A DNA stretch of 54,069 bases from Candidatus Parcubacteria bacterium. GTDB taxonomy: Bacteria > Patescibacteriota > Minisyncoccia > Phycocordibacterales > UBA2100. Location: contig QZIY01000024.1 of NCBI GenBank assembly GCA_003599175.1, positions 1 to 54,069 of the forward strand, read 5' to 3'. This document shows, piece by piece, positions 1 to 9,173 of the stretch. A program made the position numbers and the translations under genes. The notes beneath the pieces were generated by a model that was not told the origin of the DNA, made no database searches, and saw only the letters and a program-made list of their open reading frames with translations. Numbering within the stretch: position 1 is the first letter of the stretch; each line of letters opens with the position of its first letter.

Positions 1-20
1 ATCATACTCGGCTGAGTCCC

Positions 21-90
21 TTCGGATTTCATCCGAACAACCGTACGTCACCTCACCACTACCAAATACTCCGGACTTTCAGTCCGGAGT
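21..90. repeat. Two intergenic hairpins (TTCGGAT-ttc-ATCCGAA; ACTCCGGACT-ttc-AGTCCGGAGT)
   Basis: Perfect 7-bp (21-37) and 10-bp (68-90) inverted repeats, both with a TTC loop. Confidence 0.6.
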
Positions 91-143
91 GGTTTACTTA
101 TCGTTACATCAGCGTCACTCATGCTGTGTGCTACCATCTTTCC

Positions 144-398
144 ATGCACAAAGAGAAGCACCCGCTCTTCAATTTTTTCATGCAGGCGGGGCTCTTGGTC
201 TTCACCGCCGGTGGATTCCTTCTCACCGGCATGAAGATGCCGGAGTATGGACTCATTTCCAATCTCGTCGCTGAAGTGTTTTGGCTCTATGCGAGTTATC
301 GCGCGTGGAAGGAGGCCGATCAGTACGGCATCATGATCAACACGGTTATTATCACGATCGTCGTTATATACGGCGTCCTCAACTATTGGGTGCTCTAG
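144..398 (+). CDS. Small 3-TM membrane protein (paralog of 20159..20410)
   Basis: Hydrophobic ORF; ATG 144 follows a TGCTACCAT extended -10-like motif; colinear similarity to the 83-aa island protein. Confidence 0.8.
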   Translation: MHKEKHPLFNFFMQAGLLVFTAGGFLLTGMKMPEYGLISNLVAEVFWLYASYRAWKEADQYGIMINTVIITIVVIYGVLNYWVL

Positions 399-401
399 AT
401 C

Positions 402-866
402 ATGGGACATCTCAACGAAAAAATAGATTTCACCGTCTGCATTTATATTATTTTTGAGCGCAAAATACTTTTGCATAAACATAAAAAATTGCACATTTGG
501 CTACCACCCGGAGGACACATCGAACTTGATGAGGATCCAAACGAGGCAGCAATCCGGGAAGCAAAAGAAGAGACAGGACTCGACGTTGAGTTGATCGGTG
601 AATCGAGAACGTATCCAGGATCACCCTATGCGTCTCGCGATCTCATTCCGCCCCGGTTTCTCAATAGACATTTTTACGATACTGATGCGACGCATGAGCA
701 TGTGAATCTTGCATACTTTGCTCGTGCCCATTCGGCTGAGGCGCGGCATGAAGTCGAGGGAGGGGAGATCAGGTGGTTTTCAAAAGAGGAATTGGAAGGC
801 GATACGTACGACATTGTGCCCGACGTACGCAATCACGCGCTCATTGCACTTGCCGAAGTGCGGTAG
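402..866 (+). CDS. NUDIX hydrolase
   Basis: Nudix box GGHIELDEDPNEAAIREAKEETGL. Confidence 0.93.
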   Translation: MGHLNEKIDFTVCIYIIFERKILLHKHKKLHIWLPPGGHIELDEDPNEAAIREAKEETGLDVELIGESRTYPGSPYASRDLIPPRFLNRHFYDTDATHEHVNLAYFARAHSAEARHEVEGGEIRWFSKEELEGDTYDIVPDVRNHALIALAEVR

Positions 867-875
867 AATAAACGC

Positions 876-1562
876 ATGAGATACATCGCCGCGTTCATCG
901 CCTCTCTTATTACACTCACGCCTATGCTTGCATCGGCAGATCAAATCGCCGATTTGCAGGCGCAGATTCTGCTGCTTAGTCAGCAGCTTGCGGCAATGCA
1001 ACAGCAGGGGGCTCCCACAGGATGCCCGACGATCACGGCACCCATCGGCCCCGGCTCGAGCGGCCCCAATGTGACGACACTCCAGCAATTCCTCGCACGC
1101 GATCGCAATATCTATCCAGAAGCGCAGATCACGGGCTACTATGGCACGCTCACCACGACCGCCGTGCAGCGTTTCCAGGCGAAGTACAACATCGTAAGCT
1201 CGGGCTCACCCTCGACGACGGGCTACGGAAGAGTCGGCCCCAAGACCATGGATGTCATCAATAGTATGTGCGGCGCCGCATCAAACGATGTGGGTGCATT
1301 CATGCAAGTCTCGCCAACATCGGGCGATACGCCGCTTGAGGTGGTGATTCAGGTCACGGTCAATGCGACCAATAGCTGCGCCGCCGCGACCTACAAACTC
1401 GACTACGGAGACCAATCTCCTGTGCAGACGATCCAGGTCCCCTCGGGTGTGTGTCAGCCACTGCAGCAAACGTATCGCCATACGTACACGAAATCCGCCC
1501 TCTACCAGATCAAGCTCTCCTCCGGCAGTCACTCGAGCCAGGCAGAAGTCGTCGCGCAGTAA
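876..1562 (+). CDS. Secreted peptidoglycan-binding-domain protein with PKD-like C-terminus
   Basis: Signal peptide, coiled coil, PG_binding_1-like motif (LQQFL...GYYGTLTTTAVQRFQ...GRVGPKT), LDYGD...HTY PKD-like tail. Confidence 0.8.
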   Translation: MRYIAAFIASLITLTPMLASADQIADLQAQILLLSQQLAAMQQQGAPTGCPTITAPIGPGSSGPNVTTLQQFLARDRNIYPEAQITGYYGTLTTTAVQRFQAKYNIVSSGSPSTTGYGRVGPKTMDVINSMCGAASNDVGAFMQVSPTSGDTPLEVVIQVTVNATNSCAAATYKLDYGDQSPVQTIQVPSGVCQPLQQTYRHTYTKSALYQIKLSSGSHSSQAEVVAQ

Positions 1563-3740
1563 TTATTCTTGATGCAATTCTTGCGAAGCGTTTGCAACAC
1601 GTTCGTGGAGTGTTTTGTGACGTGAGAGCATTGGATCGTTCGCAACGAGCTCTTGTGCCTCGGTGCGCGCTGCACTGATGAGCCGCGGATTTTTGAGGGC
1701 TTCCATGCCGAGATCGGAGATGCCCCACTGCTGCTTTCCATACAAATCGCCCGGGCCGCGCGTCTCGAGGTCGACTTCGGCGAGCTTGAAGCCGTCGTCG
1801 GATTTCTCAAGTGCTTTGAGTCGTCGCATCGAGATCTCGCCACGTGATTCGGGCAAGAGATAGCAATACGGCGCATGTGATGAGCGCTGTACGCGACCGC
1901 GCAGCTGATGGAGCTGTGCGAGACCAAATCGCTCCGCACCTTCTATGAGAATCACCGTGGCATTCGGCACATTGACGCCGACTTCGACGACCGACGTCGC
2001 GACGAGTATATGAATCTCGCCCGCGCTAAATTTTTTCATCACCGCATCTTTTTCTCCCGGCTTCATTGCGCCATGCAAGAGCCCGATCTCAAATTCTGGA
2101 AACACCTCTTTCTTGAGTCGCGTCGCTTCCACTTTCGCGCTCTTTGCCATGACCGCATTAATCTTCGTGGGATCTGGTTCGTCGATGCGCGGACAGATCA
2201 CGTATGCCTGCCTGCCTTTCTCCAGTTGCTTGCGCACAGCTTCGTAGCACTCTGCGCGCCCTTCGGGGGCAATGATCTTCGTCGTGATCTGCGCGCGGCC
2301 CACGGGCTTTTCATCGAGTACGGAAATATCCAGGTCGCCGTAGATCGTGAGCGCGAGCGTGCGCGGAATCGGCGTTGCGGTCATCGAGAGAAAGTGCGGC
2401 GCAATGCTCTCGGATTCTTTCTTTGCGAGTTTTGCGCGCTGCTTCGTACCGAAACGGTGTTGCTCATCGACGATCGCGTATGCAAGGTGCTGAAACTTCA
2501 CAGACTTCTGGATGAGTGCGTGCGTGCCCACGACCATCGCGATCTCGCCATTTGCCACCCACTTCAAGAGTTGCGAGCGCGAAATGTCGGTCGGCTTATC
2601 TTTGTGAAGCTTCGAAGGAAATTTTTTGCATCCGCTCCCTGTCATGAGCGCAATATTGATGGGGAGATGCTTGAAATATGAAATGAAACTTTCGAAATGC
2701 TGCTGCGCAAGGATTTCTGTCGGCGCCATGTATGCCACCTGCAGCGTGCCGCTCTTCCGATCTGGCGGCCGCGAATTCACGACCGCATAGCTCGTCGCGG
2801 CGGCGACCAAGGTCTTGCCGCTCCCCACATCACCTTCGAGGAGGCGCGCCATCGGATGCGGTTTGCCGAAGTCGGCGATGATCTCGGCTATCGCGCGACG
2901 TTGCGCATTGGTCGCACTATATTCCTGTGCGGCAATGAACGAGTCGGCAAGCGCTGTAGCACCATCGATTGCAAACGCACGTTCACGGTCATTCTCTGAT
3001 CGTTCAAGGAAGCGAGAGATCTGGAGCACGAACATTTCTTCAAACGAAAATCGCTTGCGCGCCGTGTCCGCATGCGACTGTTTCTCGGGTGTATGGATCC
3101 ATACGAGCGCCGACGAAATATCGGGCAGATTGAGTTTTGCGCGTGTGTCTTCCGGAATCGGATCTTCAATGTGTTTGTGAATGCCGGTTTCAAACACTTT
3201 GCGAAGCGTGTGGTAAAACCATCGCGACGTGATGCCACGGCTTTCCGGATACACGGGAAAAAGATTCGGCATTTCATTCTCAAGCACAACATCATCTTTT
3301 TGTGCGGCAAATAATCCTTGTGCTGCTTCGGTAGACGAAATTTTTTCGACTTCGGGATTTGAAATGTAGGGCTTGTCGCTTTTTCCCCCGACGGTGCCGG
3401 TGAGTCGCACGCTCGTACCAGATGGCACGTAGGAAGCCATGTACGGCTGGTTGAACCACATGACTTTCACACGGCCCGATGCATCTTCAAACCACCCTTC
3501 GGTGATGTTGCGTCGACTCTTCCACAATTTTTTTGCTTTAAGGCCAGAGAGCGATCCGTAGAGCGTCACCTTGGTGCCGGGGACGAGCTGGCCCGATACC
3601 GAATCCTCTCCTGCTTGTTCGTAGCGTGTCGGAAAATGATAGAGCAAATCGCCGATCGTGGTGATACCGAGTCGCTTGAGCGCCGCTTTTTGCGGCGGAA
3701 TAAGACGAAAGTGTTTCTCGATTTGATCGTCTTGGTGCAT
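1563..3740 (-). CDS. recG: ATP-dependent DNA helicase RecG
   Basis: LLEGDVGSGKT, MAPTEILAQQH, DEQHRFG, MTATPIPRTL, QLHQLRGRV motifs; start moved to MHQDD. Confidence 0.96.
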   Translation of the reverse strand: MHQDDQIEKHFRLIPPQKAALKRLGITTIGDLLYHFPTRYEQAGEDSVSGQLVPGTKVTLYGSLSGLKAKKLWKSRRNITEGWFEDASGRVKVMWFNQPYMASYVPSGTSVRLTGTVGGKSDKPYISNPEVEKISSTEAAQGLFAAQKDDVVLENEMPNLFPVYPESRGITSRWFYHTLRKVFETGIHKHIEDPIPEDTRAKLNLPDISSALVWIHTPEKQSHADTARKRFSFEEMFVLQISRFLERSENDRERAFAIDGATALADSFIAAQEYSATNAQRRAIAEIIADFGKPHPMARLLEGDVGSGKTLVAAATSYAVVNSRPPDRKSGTLQVAYMAPTEILAQQHFESFISYFKHLPINIALMTGSGCKKFPSKLHKDKPTDISRSQLLKWVANGEIAMVVGTHALIQKSVKFQHLAYAIVDEQHRFGTKQRAKLAKKESESIAPHFLSMTATPIPRTLALTIYGDLDISVLDEKPVGRAQITTKIIAPEGRAECYEAVRKQLEKGRQAYVICPRIDEPDPTKINAVMAKSAKVEATRLKKEVFPEFEIGLLHGAMKPGEKDAVMKKFSAGEIHILVATSVVEVGVNVPNATVILIEGAERFGLAQLHQLRGRVQRSSHAPYCYLLPESRGEISMRRLKALEKSDDGFKLAEVDLETRGPGDLYGKQQWGISDLGMEALKNPRLISAARTEAQELVANDPMLSRHKTLHERVANASQELHQE

Positions 3741-3837
3741 AGCGAGAGTATATCCACACGTCTGTGGATTTACTATCTTGCACGAGAAACGCATATAGGT
3801 AATATAGCCAATGTTAGAAATAAAAAATGCACGGTGT

Positions 3838-4002
3838 ATGGCTCATGATGAGAACGAAGATGAGATGATAGATGAGGAAGGACTTCCTGAAGCCGAAGAA
3901 GACGATGAGGATTTGGAAGATGAAGATGATGATGATGAAATGGACATGTTTGGAGACGATGGGGTGGAAGACACCGGAAATCGAGATAGGGATTGGATGT
4001 AG
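3838..4002 (+). CDS. Very acidic small hypothetical protein
   Basis: 54-aa ORF, about half Asp/Glu, divergent from recG. Confidence 0.65.
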   Translation: MAHDENEDEMIDEEGLPEAEEDDEDLEDEDDDDEMDMFGDDGVEDTGNRDRDWM

Positions 4003-4014
4003 CAATAGGGGTGT

Positions 4015-4194
4015 GAACAGCGCGGCAGGCGCAAAAATTTTGTTCTGCGGGACTCGCAGTGTCCTATAGTGTCCAGAGGCGCGACAGGCACCACTGCGAA
4101 CAAAAGGCATCGCGTCGGAAATACTCACCTGCGCCTCTGCGGAGTAAGCTGAAGAAAGTCCTCGAAAAAAATTTTTGCGCCTGCCGCGCTGTTC
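4015..4194. other. Structured 180-nt element: perfect 27-bp terminal inverted repeat plus internal stems (ncRNA or MITE candidate)
   Basis: 4015-4041 is the exact reverse complement of 4168-4194; internal pairs GGACT/AGTCC, TCGCAGTG/CACTGCGA, TACTC/GAGTA, CAGAGGCGC/GCGCCTCTG. Confidence 0.75.
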
Positions 4195-4231
4195 TGGTGG
4201 TGAGGTTGAGGGAGAATGGTAAGATAGATCA

Positions 4232-4585
4232 ATGCACATGCTGCTGAAATTCCTTGGTACGGCCGCGGTCGTGTTCCTCACGATCAACATCGTGAGCGGG
4301 ATTTCGGTAGAAGGCGGATGGGTGACCATCCTACTCGTCGCGCTCGTATGGTCGGGCGTATCACTCGTGATTAAGCCGATCATCCACATACTCGCGCTCC
4401 CGATCACCATCCTCACCTTTGGCCTCTTTGCTCTCATCATCAACGCCTTTCTATTCTGGCTCGTCTCGGTCATCGTGCCGGGCTTCACCGTCGGCGGCCC
4501 CGTCGCGGCCTTGCTTGGCTCGATCGTACTCTCGATCCTCACCTGGCTTATCCACTCTGTCATCAAACCTGCACACGGCGTATAG
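4232..4585 (+). CDS. 4-TM holin-like membrane protein (DUF360/YvlD family)
   Basis: KPII.IL.LPITILTFGLFALIINA signature. Confidence 0.88.
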   Translation: MHMLLKFLGTAAVVFLTINIVSGISVEGGWVTILLVALVWSGVSLVIKPIIHILALPITILTFGLFALIINAFLFWLVSVIVPGFTVGGPVAALLGSIVLSILTWLIHSVIKPAHGV

Positions 4586-4603
4586 AAGTGCTAGACTCGG
4601 TTT

Positions 4604-5452
4604 ATGATCGAGCAATTCTGTTACCTCAATGGAAAAATCCTTCCCGTCTCCGAGGCGAAGGTGGGAGTGAATGACATCGGCCTTCTGCGCGGCTTCGGCA
4701 TCTACGAGGCGATGCGCACGTTCAACCGCGTGCCGTTTATGTTTGCCGATCACATGACGCGCTTTCATACATCGACCGATGCTCTGAAGCTCACGATTCC
4801 CGAGAGCGATGAAGAAATCCATAGAATTATCGCGCAGCTCGTCGACAAAAATATTCCGGAAGGGAAGGATGCGGTGATCCGTTTCATCTTGACCGGTGGG
4901 GAAGCGATCGGCGGTATCGAATACAATCCTAAGCACCCGACGTTCTACATCCTTGTCGAAGAGCTCAAGCCACTCCCGCCTGAAGTGTTTGAACAAGGAT
5001 GCACGCTTCTTGTGCACGAACATCAGCGCGTCTTCCCCGGATACAAAACGACCAACTACATCACTGCCGTCCTCTTGCAGGAGGAGCGCAAGAAGGCGGG
5101 CGCGCTCGAAATTTTGTACACGTACAAGGGTAAGGTATTGGAGCCCGCGACGAGCAATCTCTTTATCGTAAAGAACGGCAAGATCGCAACGGCAAAAGAC
5201 GACATTCTCGCAGGCATCACGCGCAAAGTATCGATCGATTTGGCAAGAAAGGAATTTCAAGTGGATGAGCGAGACGTATCGGTGGATGAAATGTACGCGG
5301 CCGATGAGGCGTTTCTCACGTCGAGCTTCAAAGACATCGTGCCGGTCGTCGAAATCGACGGCAAAAAAATCGGCGCGGGTGTCCCAGGGCCGGTGACGAA
5401 GCGTGTCATGCAGCTTTTCCACGAGTTCACCGTCAATTACGGTCAAACATAG
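4604..5452 (+). CDS. Class IV PLP aminotransferase (IlvE/Dat/PabC family)
   Basis: GLLRGFGIYEAMRT, KTTNY, E.ATSNLFIV, ILAGITR, ADEAFLTSS motifs. Confidence 0.93.
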   Translation: MIEQFCYLNGKILPVSEAKVGVNDIGLLRGFGIYEAMRTFNRVPFMFADHMTRFHTSTDALKLTIPESDEEIHRIIAQLVDKNIPEGKDAVIRFILTGGEAIGGIEYNPKHPTFYILVEELKPLPPEVFEQGCTLLVHEHQRVFPGYKTTNYITAVLLQEERKKAGALEILYTYKGKVLEPATSNLFIVKNGKIATAKDDILAGITRKVSIDLARKEFQVDERDVSVDEMYAADEAFLTSSFKDIVPVVEIDGKKIGAGVPGPVTKRVMQLFHEFTVNYGQT

Positions 5453-5465
5453 TTGAGTTGTCACA

Positions 5466-6098
5466 ATGGCGAAACTTATTTTAGTGCGTCACGCGAAGTC
5501 GGCGTGGAATGCGGAGGGTAAATGGACGGGCTGGGCCGACCCTTCGCTTAGCTCGGATGGCCGAGATCAGGCCAAGGAGACTGCCAAGCAGCTCCATGGA
5601 CTCGACATCCACAAAGCCTACTCGTCTGTTTTGAGGCGCGCGCATGAGACACTCGACATCATTCTTGAGCACATTGGCCTTTCGCACATCGATAAGGTGC
5701 AGCATGCAGCACTCAATGAGCGCGACTACGGCGAGTTCACCGGAAAAAATAAGTGGGAGGTTAAACAAGAGGTGGGAGATGAGCGATTCCAGCGCATCAG
5801 GCGTGGGTGGGACGAGCCGATCCCCGGCGGTGAGACGCTGAAGAATGTGCACGATCGTGTGGTGCCGTACTACAAAAAGACGATTCATCCGGATCTGCTC
5901 GCGGGATTCAATGTGGCCATCGTCGCGCACGGCAATTCGCTGCGTGCACTCGTCAAACATTTGGAAAGTATTTCAGAAGAAGAGATTGCCGATCTCGAGA
6001 TCGGCGTTGGCGAGGCGCATGTGTACGAGATGGATGCGAAAGGAAAGATCATTGGCAAGGAAATCCGCGCCGAAAATGTGCAGAAAGGGAAAATCTAA
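5466..6098 (+). CDS. gpmA: 2,3-bisphosphoglycerate-dependent phosphoglycerate mutase
   Basis: LVRHAKS.WN...WTGW.D, LNERDYG, AHGNSLRAL. Confidence 0.92.
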   Translation: MAKLILVRHAKSAWNAEGKWTGWADPSLSSDGRDQAKETAKQLHGLDIHKAYSSVLRRAHETLDIILEHIGLSHIDKVQHAALNERDYGEFTGKNKWEVKQEVGDERFQRIRRGWDEPIPGGETLKNVHDRVVPYYKKTIHPDLLAGFNVAIVAHGNSLRALVKHLESISEEEIADLEIGVGEAHVYEMDAKGKIIGKEIRAENVQKGKI

Positions 6099-6109
6099 AG
6101 GGAGAAAGG

Positions 6110-6129
6110 CCTGCCTGCCGGCGGGCAGG
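6110..6129. repeat. 20-bp palindrome CCTGCCTGCCGGCGGGCAGG (REP-like)
   Basis: One mismatch from the perfect palindrome CCTGCCTGCCGGCAGGCAGG; just after the gpmA stop. Confidence 0.6.
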
Positions 6130-6237
6130 GGCAAAAGTGATATCCACAGGGGGTGCTTGAACGCAAAGGGGAGATGCGGGAAGATACGTCTTACGTGGAA
6201 GCCGCATTATAAGGTTTATCAGTTAGCTAGTACTCCT

Positions 6238-7170
6238 ATGTTTTCTAAAAAGCTCTTAGCAGGAGCAGCTGTTGCAGCTGTTGTCTTGCCGGCGCTCGCG
6301 TTTGCAGAAACAAACACGACCGCCACGGATAGAGAGAGTCAGATACGAGCACTTGTGGAGCAAATACAGACGCTCCAGAAGCAACTCACGGCTCTCATCG
6401 CTTCGTCCGGTTCCTTTAAGCCTGTGGGCTTAGAGGGTGTCGGACTCACGAGCGGTCAGATATCCGCCGTCAATTCTTCATCGATCACGGTGGAGAACCG
6501 GCAAGCTAGTAAATCGGTGGTAGTGAACTACACTGCGTCGACGACCATCGAAGTCTTTAAGGCAAGTTCGACTCCTCAGTGGCAGTCGGGCACGACCGCT
6601 GATCTCGTCGTCGGGCGAGGGGTCGTGGTGCAAGGTTCAAGAGTTGAAGGCAGTGAAAATACTGTCAATGCATCGCGCATCAAGGTAGGTATTGCGCTTG
6701 CCATGAACGACAGAATAAAGAGCGTGCCGCCGGGCCAAGTAGGCAAGGCACTCTGCATTGCGCTCAATCGCAATCTTGGTCCCGGATCCCGCGGCGAGGA
6801 TGTGAAAAAGCTGCAGGAAATGCTACGGGAAGACAAGTCACTCGGCTTCACCTCCGATGCGACGGGCATCTTTGGCCCTCTTACCGCGAAAGCGATGATG
6901 ATGTATCAGCGCAAAAACGGCATCAATCCTGCCGACGATGGCTCTGTCGGGCCACTCACGCGCGGCGTCTTGATGCGCAATTGTGGCAGGGGCCTCGACA
7001 ATAGCGGCTCCGGCTCATGGAATAGCGGCAAGAGTAAGCCGGGCGATGACGACGTCTGCAATGGCGTCAACGCTCCGTGCGATGATGATTCATCGGACGA
7101 CGATGAAGATGAAGATGAAGACGAGAACGATGATGCCGATGATACGGCATCATCAACACCGAGCACATAA
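6238..7170 (+). CDS. Secreted PG-binding-domain protein with DUF5666-like beta domain and acidic tail
   Basis: Signal peptide MFSKKLLAGAAV; LNRNLGPGSRGEDVKKLQEML...GIFGPLT...G.VGPLT; the longer 5845 start overlaps gpmA and is not used. Confidence 0.8.
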   Translation: MFSKKLLAGAAVAAVVLPALAFAETNTTATDRESQIRALVEQIQTLQKQLTALIASSGSFKPVGLEGVGLTSGQISAVNSSSITVENRQASKSVVVNYTASTTIEVFKASSTPQWQSGTTADLVVGRGVVVQGSRVEGSENTVNASRIKVGIALAMNDRIKSVPPGQVGKALCIALNRNLGPGSRGEDVKKLQEMLREDKSLGFTSDATGIFGPLTAKAMMMYQRKNGINPADDGSVGPLTRGVLMRNCGRGLDNSGSGSWNSGKSKPGDDDVCNGVNAPCDDDSSDDDEDEDEDENDDADDTASSTPST

Positions 7171-7193
7171 AGCGCTCGGGTGCGTCTCAATCG

Positions 7194-7226
7194 CAAAAAC
7201 CGTCTGCCCAAGGCAGACGGTTTTTG
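7194..7226. terminator. Intrinsic terminator, probably bidirectional
   Basis: CAAAAACCGTCTGCC-caa-GGCAGACGGTTTTTG, 15-bp stem including A/T tracts. Confidence 0.85.
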
Positions 7227-7235
7227 TATTTGACG

Positions 7236-7250
7236 TGGTACAATGGAGAC
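7236..7250 (+). promoter_or_regulatory. Extended -10 promoter of LAGLIDADG cassette 1 (TGGTACAAT-GGAGAC-start)
   Basis: Same motif (TGGTAAAAT-GGAGAC-ATG) precedes the paralog at 30710. Confidence 0.65.
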
Positions 7251-8246
7251 GTGCTTGAATCGTTTATATCTGGACCGCGAGCATTATTTAAAAAAGGCGG
7301 CCAGAGCTCATTCCTCTTATCAGTCGAAGCAAAAATTGGATTTCAGCGCATGATCGAAATTTGTGATTGCTCCGCTCGCACACTTCGCGACTGGAAGCGA
7401 GAAAAATTCCCGATGCCTCTCGCGTGTGCGACGTCGCTTGGCAAACAGGCGAAAGTACCACTACCTAGAAATTTTCTGACTCGCGAACGGTATGCGCACA
7501 CAAAGAAAGCAGGTCTCCAAGGCGCTCAGGCAGTTATGAAAAAATATGGCCGCATGCAAGTAGATGAGACGAAGCGAAAGCAGCGCTGGCACGCCTGGTG
7601 GCAACAAGAGGGTAGATTCAACAAGCATACGATAGCAACAGCGCGAGCGATCCATACGCCGGATAACGGCGAAATGTTGGCAGAATTTATCGGTATTGTC
7701 ATGGGCGATGGTGGTATCAGTGATTACCAGGTTACGATCAGTCTGCATCACGTTACCGATCTTCCATACATCGGATTCGTTACTCGGCTTATTCGCAAGC
7801 TATTCAAAGTGCGAGCGAGCGTGTATCACCATGAGAGTCGTTCGGTCAAAGACATTGTTGTATCGAGGAAAGCGCTCGTGGATTTTCTGCACTCGCGGGG
7901 CTTGCCGATTGGCAACAAAGTGCGTCAGCAGTTTGATATTCCTGAATGGATAAAAAAGAATCCAAAATACGCAAGAGCGTGCGTTCGTGGACTTGTCGAT
8001 ACAGACGGATCAGTTTTCACACACTCGTATCGTGTGAAGGGGAAGCGGTATAACTATAAAAAACTCTCTTTTTGTAGCCGTTCCCGTCCACTTCAGTTGA
8101 GTGTCGCGAAAATTCTTGCAGACTCAGGCCTTCATCCACGAGTGACTCTGTACGATGTGTGGCTCGATCGGAAGACGGATGTAAAGCGGTATTTTGAAGT
8201 TATTGGATCGCATAACCCAAAACATTTGAAGAGATACCGCAACTAG
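7251..8246 (+). CDS. Double-motif LAGLIDADG endonuclease-like protein with N-terminal HTH-like region (331 aa)
   Basis: LAEFIGIVMGDGGI and ACVRGLVDTDGSV motifs; GTG start at 7251 gives the same length and N-terminus (MLESFIS) as the paralog. Confidence 0.88.
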   Translation: MLESFISGPRALFKKGGQSSFLLSVEAKIGFQRMIEICDCSARTLRDWKREKFPMPLACATSLGKQAKVPLPRNFLTRERYAHTKKAGLQGAQAVMKKYGRMQVDETKRKQRWHAWWQQEGRFNKHTIATARAIHTPDNGEMLAEFIGIVMGDGGISDYQVTISLHHVTDLPYIGFVTRLIRKLFKVRASVYHHESRSVKDIVVSRKALVDFLHSRGLPIGNKVRQQFDIPEWIKKNPKYARACVRGLVDTDGSVFTHSYRVKGKRYNYKKLSFCSRSRPLQLSVAKILADSGLHPRVTLYDVWLDRKTDVKRYFEVIGSHNPKHLKRYRN

Positions 8247-8264
8247 AGTACGATGCATCGCACG

Positions 8265-8353
8265 GGAGAGGTGGCTGAGCGGTCGAAGGCGATGGATTGC
8301 TAATCCATTATACGGGTAAAACCGTATCGAGGGTTCGAATCCCTCCCTCTCCG
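8265..8353 (+). tRNA. tRNA-Ser(GCT), long variable arm, no encoded CCA
   Basis: Acceptor GGAGAGG/CCTCTCC, anticodon arm ATGGA-TTGCTAA-TCCAT, T-arm GAGGG-TTCGAAT-CCCTC, discriminator G. Confidence 0.95.
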
Positions 8354-8446
8354 CAGGAACGTGAGGCGGTGTTACGCGACCGTTCCGCATTGAAAAATAT
8401 GGGTATTGTGCAATCGCGTCCACTCCGTCAAAAAGCAGCACGGCGC

Positions 8447-8458
8447 AGGGATTCGAAC
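8447..8458 (+). repeat. 12-bp tRNA T-arm fragment AGGGATTCGAAC (candidate att core)
   Basis: Direct repeat of 29617-29628 and inverted repeat of 8333-8344. Confidence 0.5.
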
Positions 8459-9172
8459 TTATAGAGTCTCGCATGCAGCGAATAGTTGCTTTGCGTACTC
8501 ATCTCCCGCGACTTTGATCCATGAGCGATTAATGCGAAATACCCACCATGTCAGCAGTATCGCGTTAATTGCTAAGCACGCCCAAGCGACGACCATTTCG
8601 TACTCGCTTTTCGGAAATGCGGCGAGAGAAGTCGCACACGCTACTAATCCAATCAGAGCAAGCACTATGCCTGCTGGCTTCATGCCCCATAGATTTCTAC
8701 GAAAACCGTAACTCACGTTCTCTTTAAAAAGCAGTGCATACTTTGTTATGTCTCGAGTCTTTTCTCGCATAAAATTCGTGCATGATCGATAGATGTCTCT
8801 CGCCGCTTTCGGATCTTTTGCCTCTTGCTCAGCTGTTGGAAATACAATGTCCGGCAATAAACCTCGCAGTTTGTTTTTGTACCGTTCAACCGTTGGGCGA
8901 TCTAATGCTGATTGATAGGACAGGGTAAAGTCAGTCGGCATGCCACCCCAACTTTCGTACAATTCCGGTTCTTTTTTCTTGCCAAGGTCACGTCCTATTT
9001 CAGAAAAAAGGAGCGTCAGTAGGCTTTGTACCGAGAGCGTGCCGAACAGCCCGACGAGTGCTGAAACTATAGACGTGAGTGGAAAGAAGGCGAAGAATGC
9101 CAATCCGATCGGCAGCAGTACGATGAACACAGGCACTAACCGAGCGCGAAATGTGTAAGTATCGATATGCAT
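8459..9172 (-). CDS. 4-TM membrane protein of unknown function, coupled to MBL hydrolase
   Basis: 2 N-terminal and 2 C-terminal hydrophobic helices around a soluble domain (ENVSYGFRRNL); starts 1 nt after the MBL stop. Confidence 0.8.
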   Translation of the reverse strand: MHIDTYTFRARLVPVFIVLLPIGLAFFAFFPLTSIVSALVGLFGTLSVQSLLTLLFSEIGRDLGKKKEPELYESWGGMPTDFTLSYQSALDRPTVERYKNKLRGLLPDIVFPTAEQEAKDPKAARDIYRSCTNFMREKTRDITKYALLFKENVSYGFRRNLWGMKPAGIVLALIGLVACATSLAAFPKSEYEMVVAWACLAINAILLTWWVFRINRSWIKVAGDEYAKQLFAACETL

Positions 9173-9173
9173 G

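Noticed and set aside
4015..4194. Lysine riboswitch or SRP RNA
   Set aside because: AGAGGCGC resembles a lysine-riboswitch motif but the rest of the consensus and gene context are missing; no SRP helix-8 motif seen.
4232..4585. Phage holin indicating a prophage
   Set aside because: DUF360-type genes are ordinary chromosomal membrane proteins and the neighbours are housekeeping genes.
5845..6237. N-terminal extension of the 441-aa ORF
   Set aside because: Overlaps gpmA and an intergenic palindrome; the signal peptide begins at 6238.
7251..8353. Group I intron or intein hosting the LAGLIDADG gene
   Set aside because: Both tRNAs are uninterrupted, there is no room for a ribozyme core, no host protein or intein splice motifs are present, and the ORF has its own promoter-like motif.
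8124..8474. ORF containing AEREGFEPS
   Set aside because: Typical translation of an antisense tRNA, not a protein.
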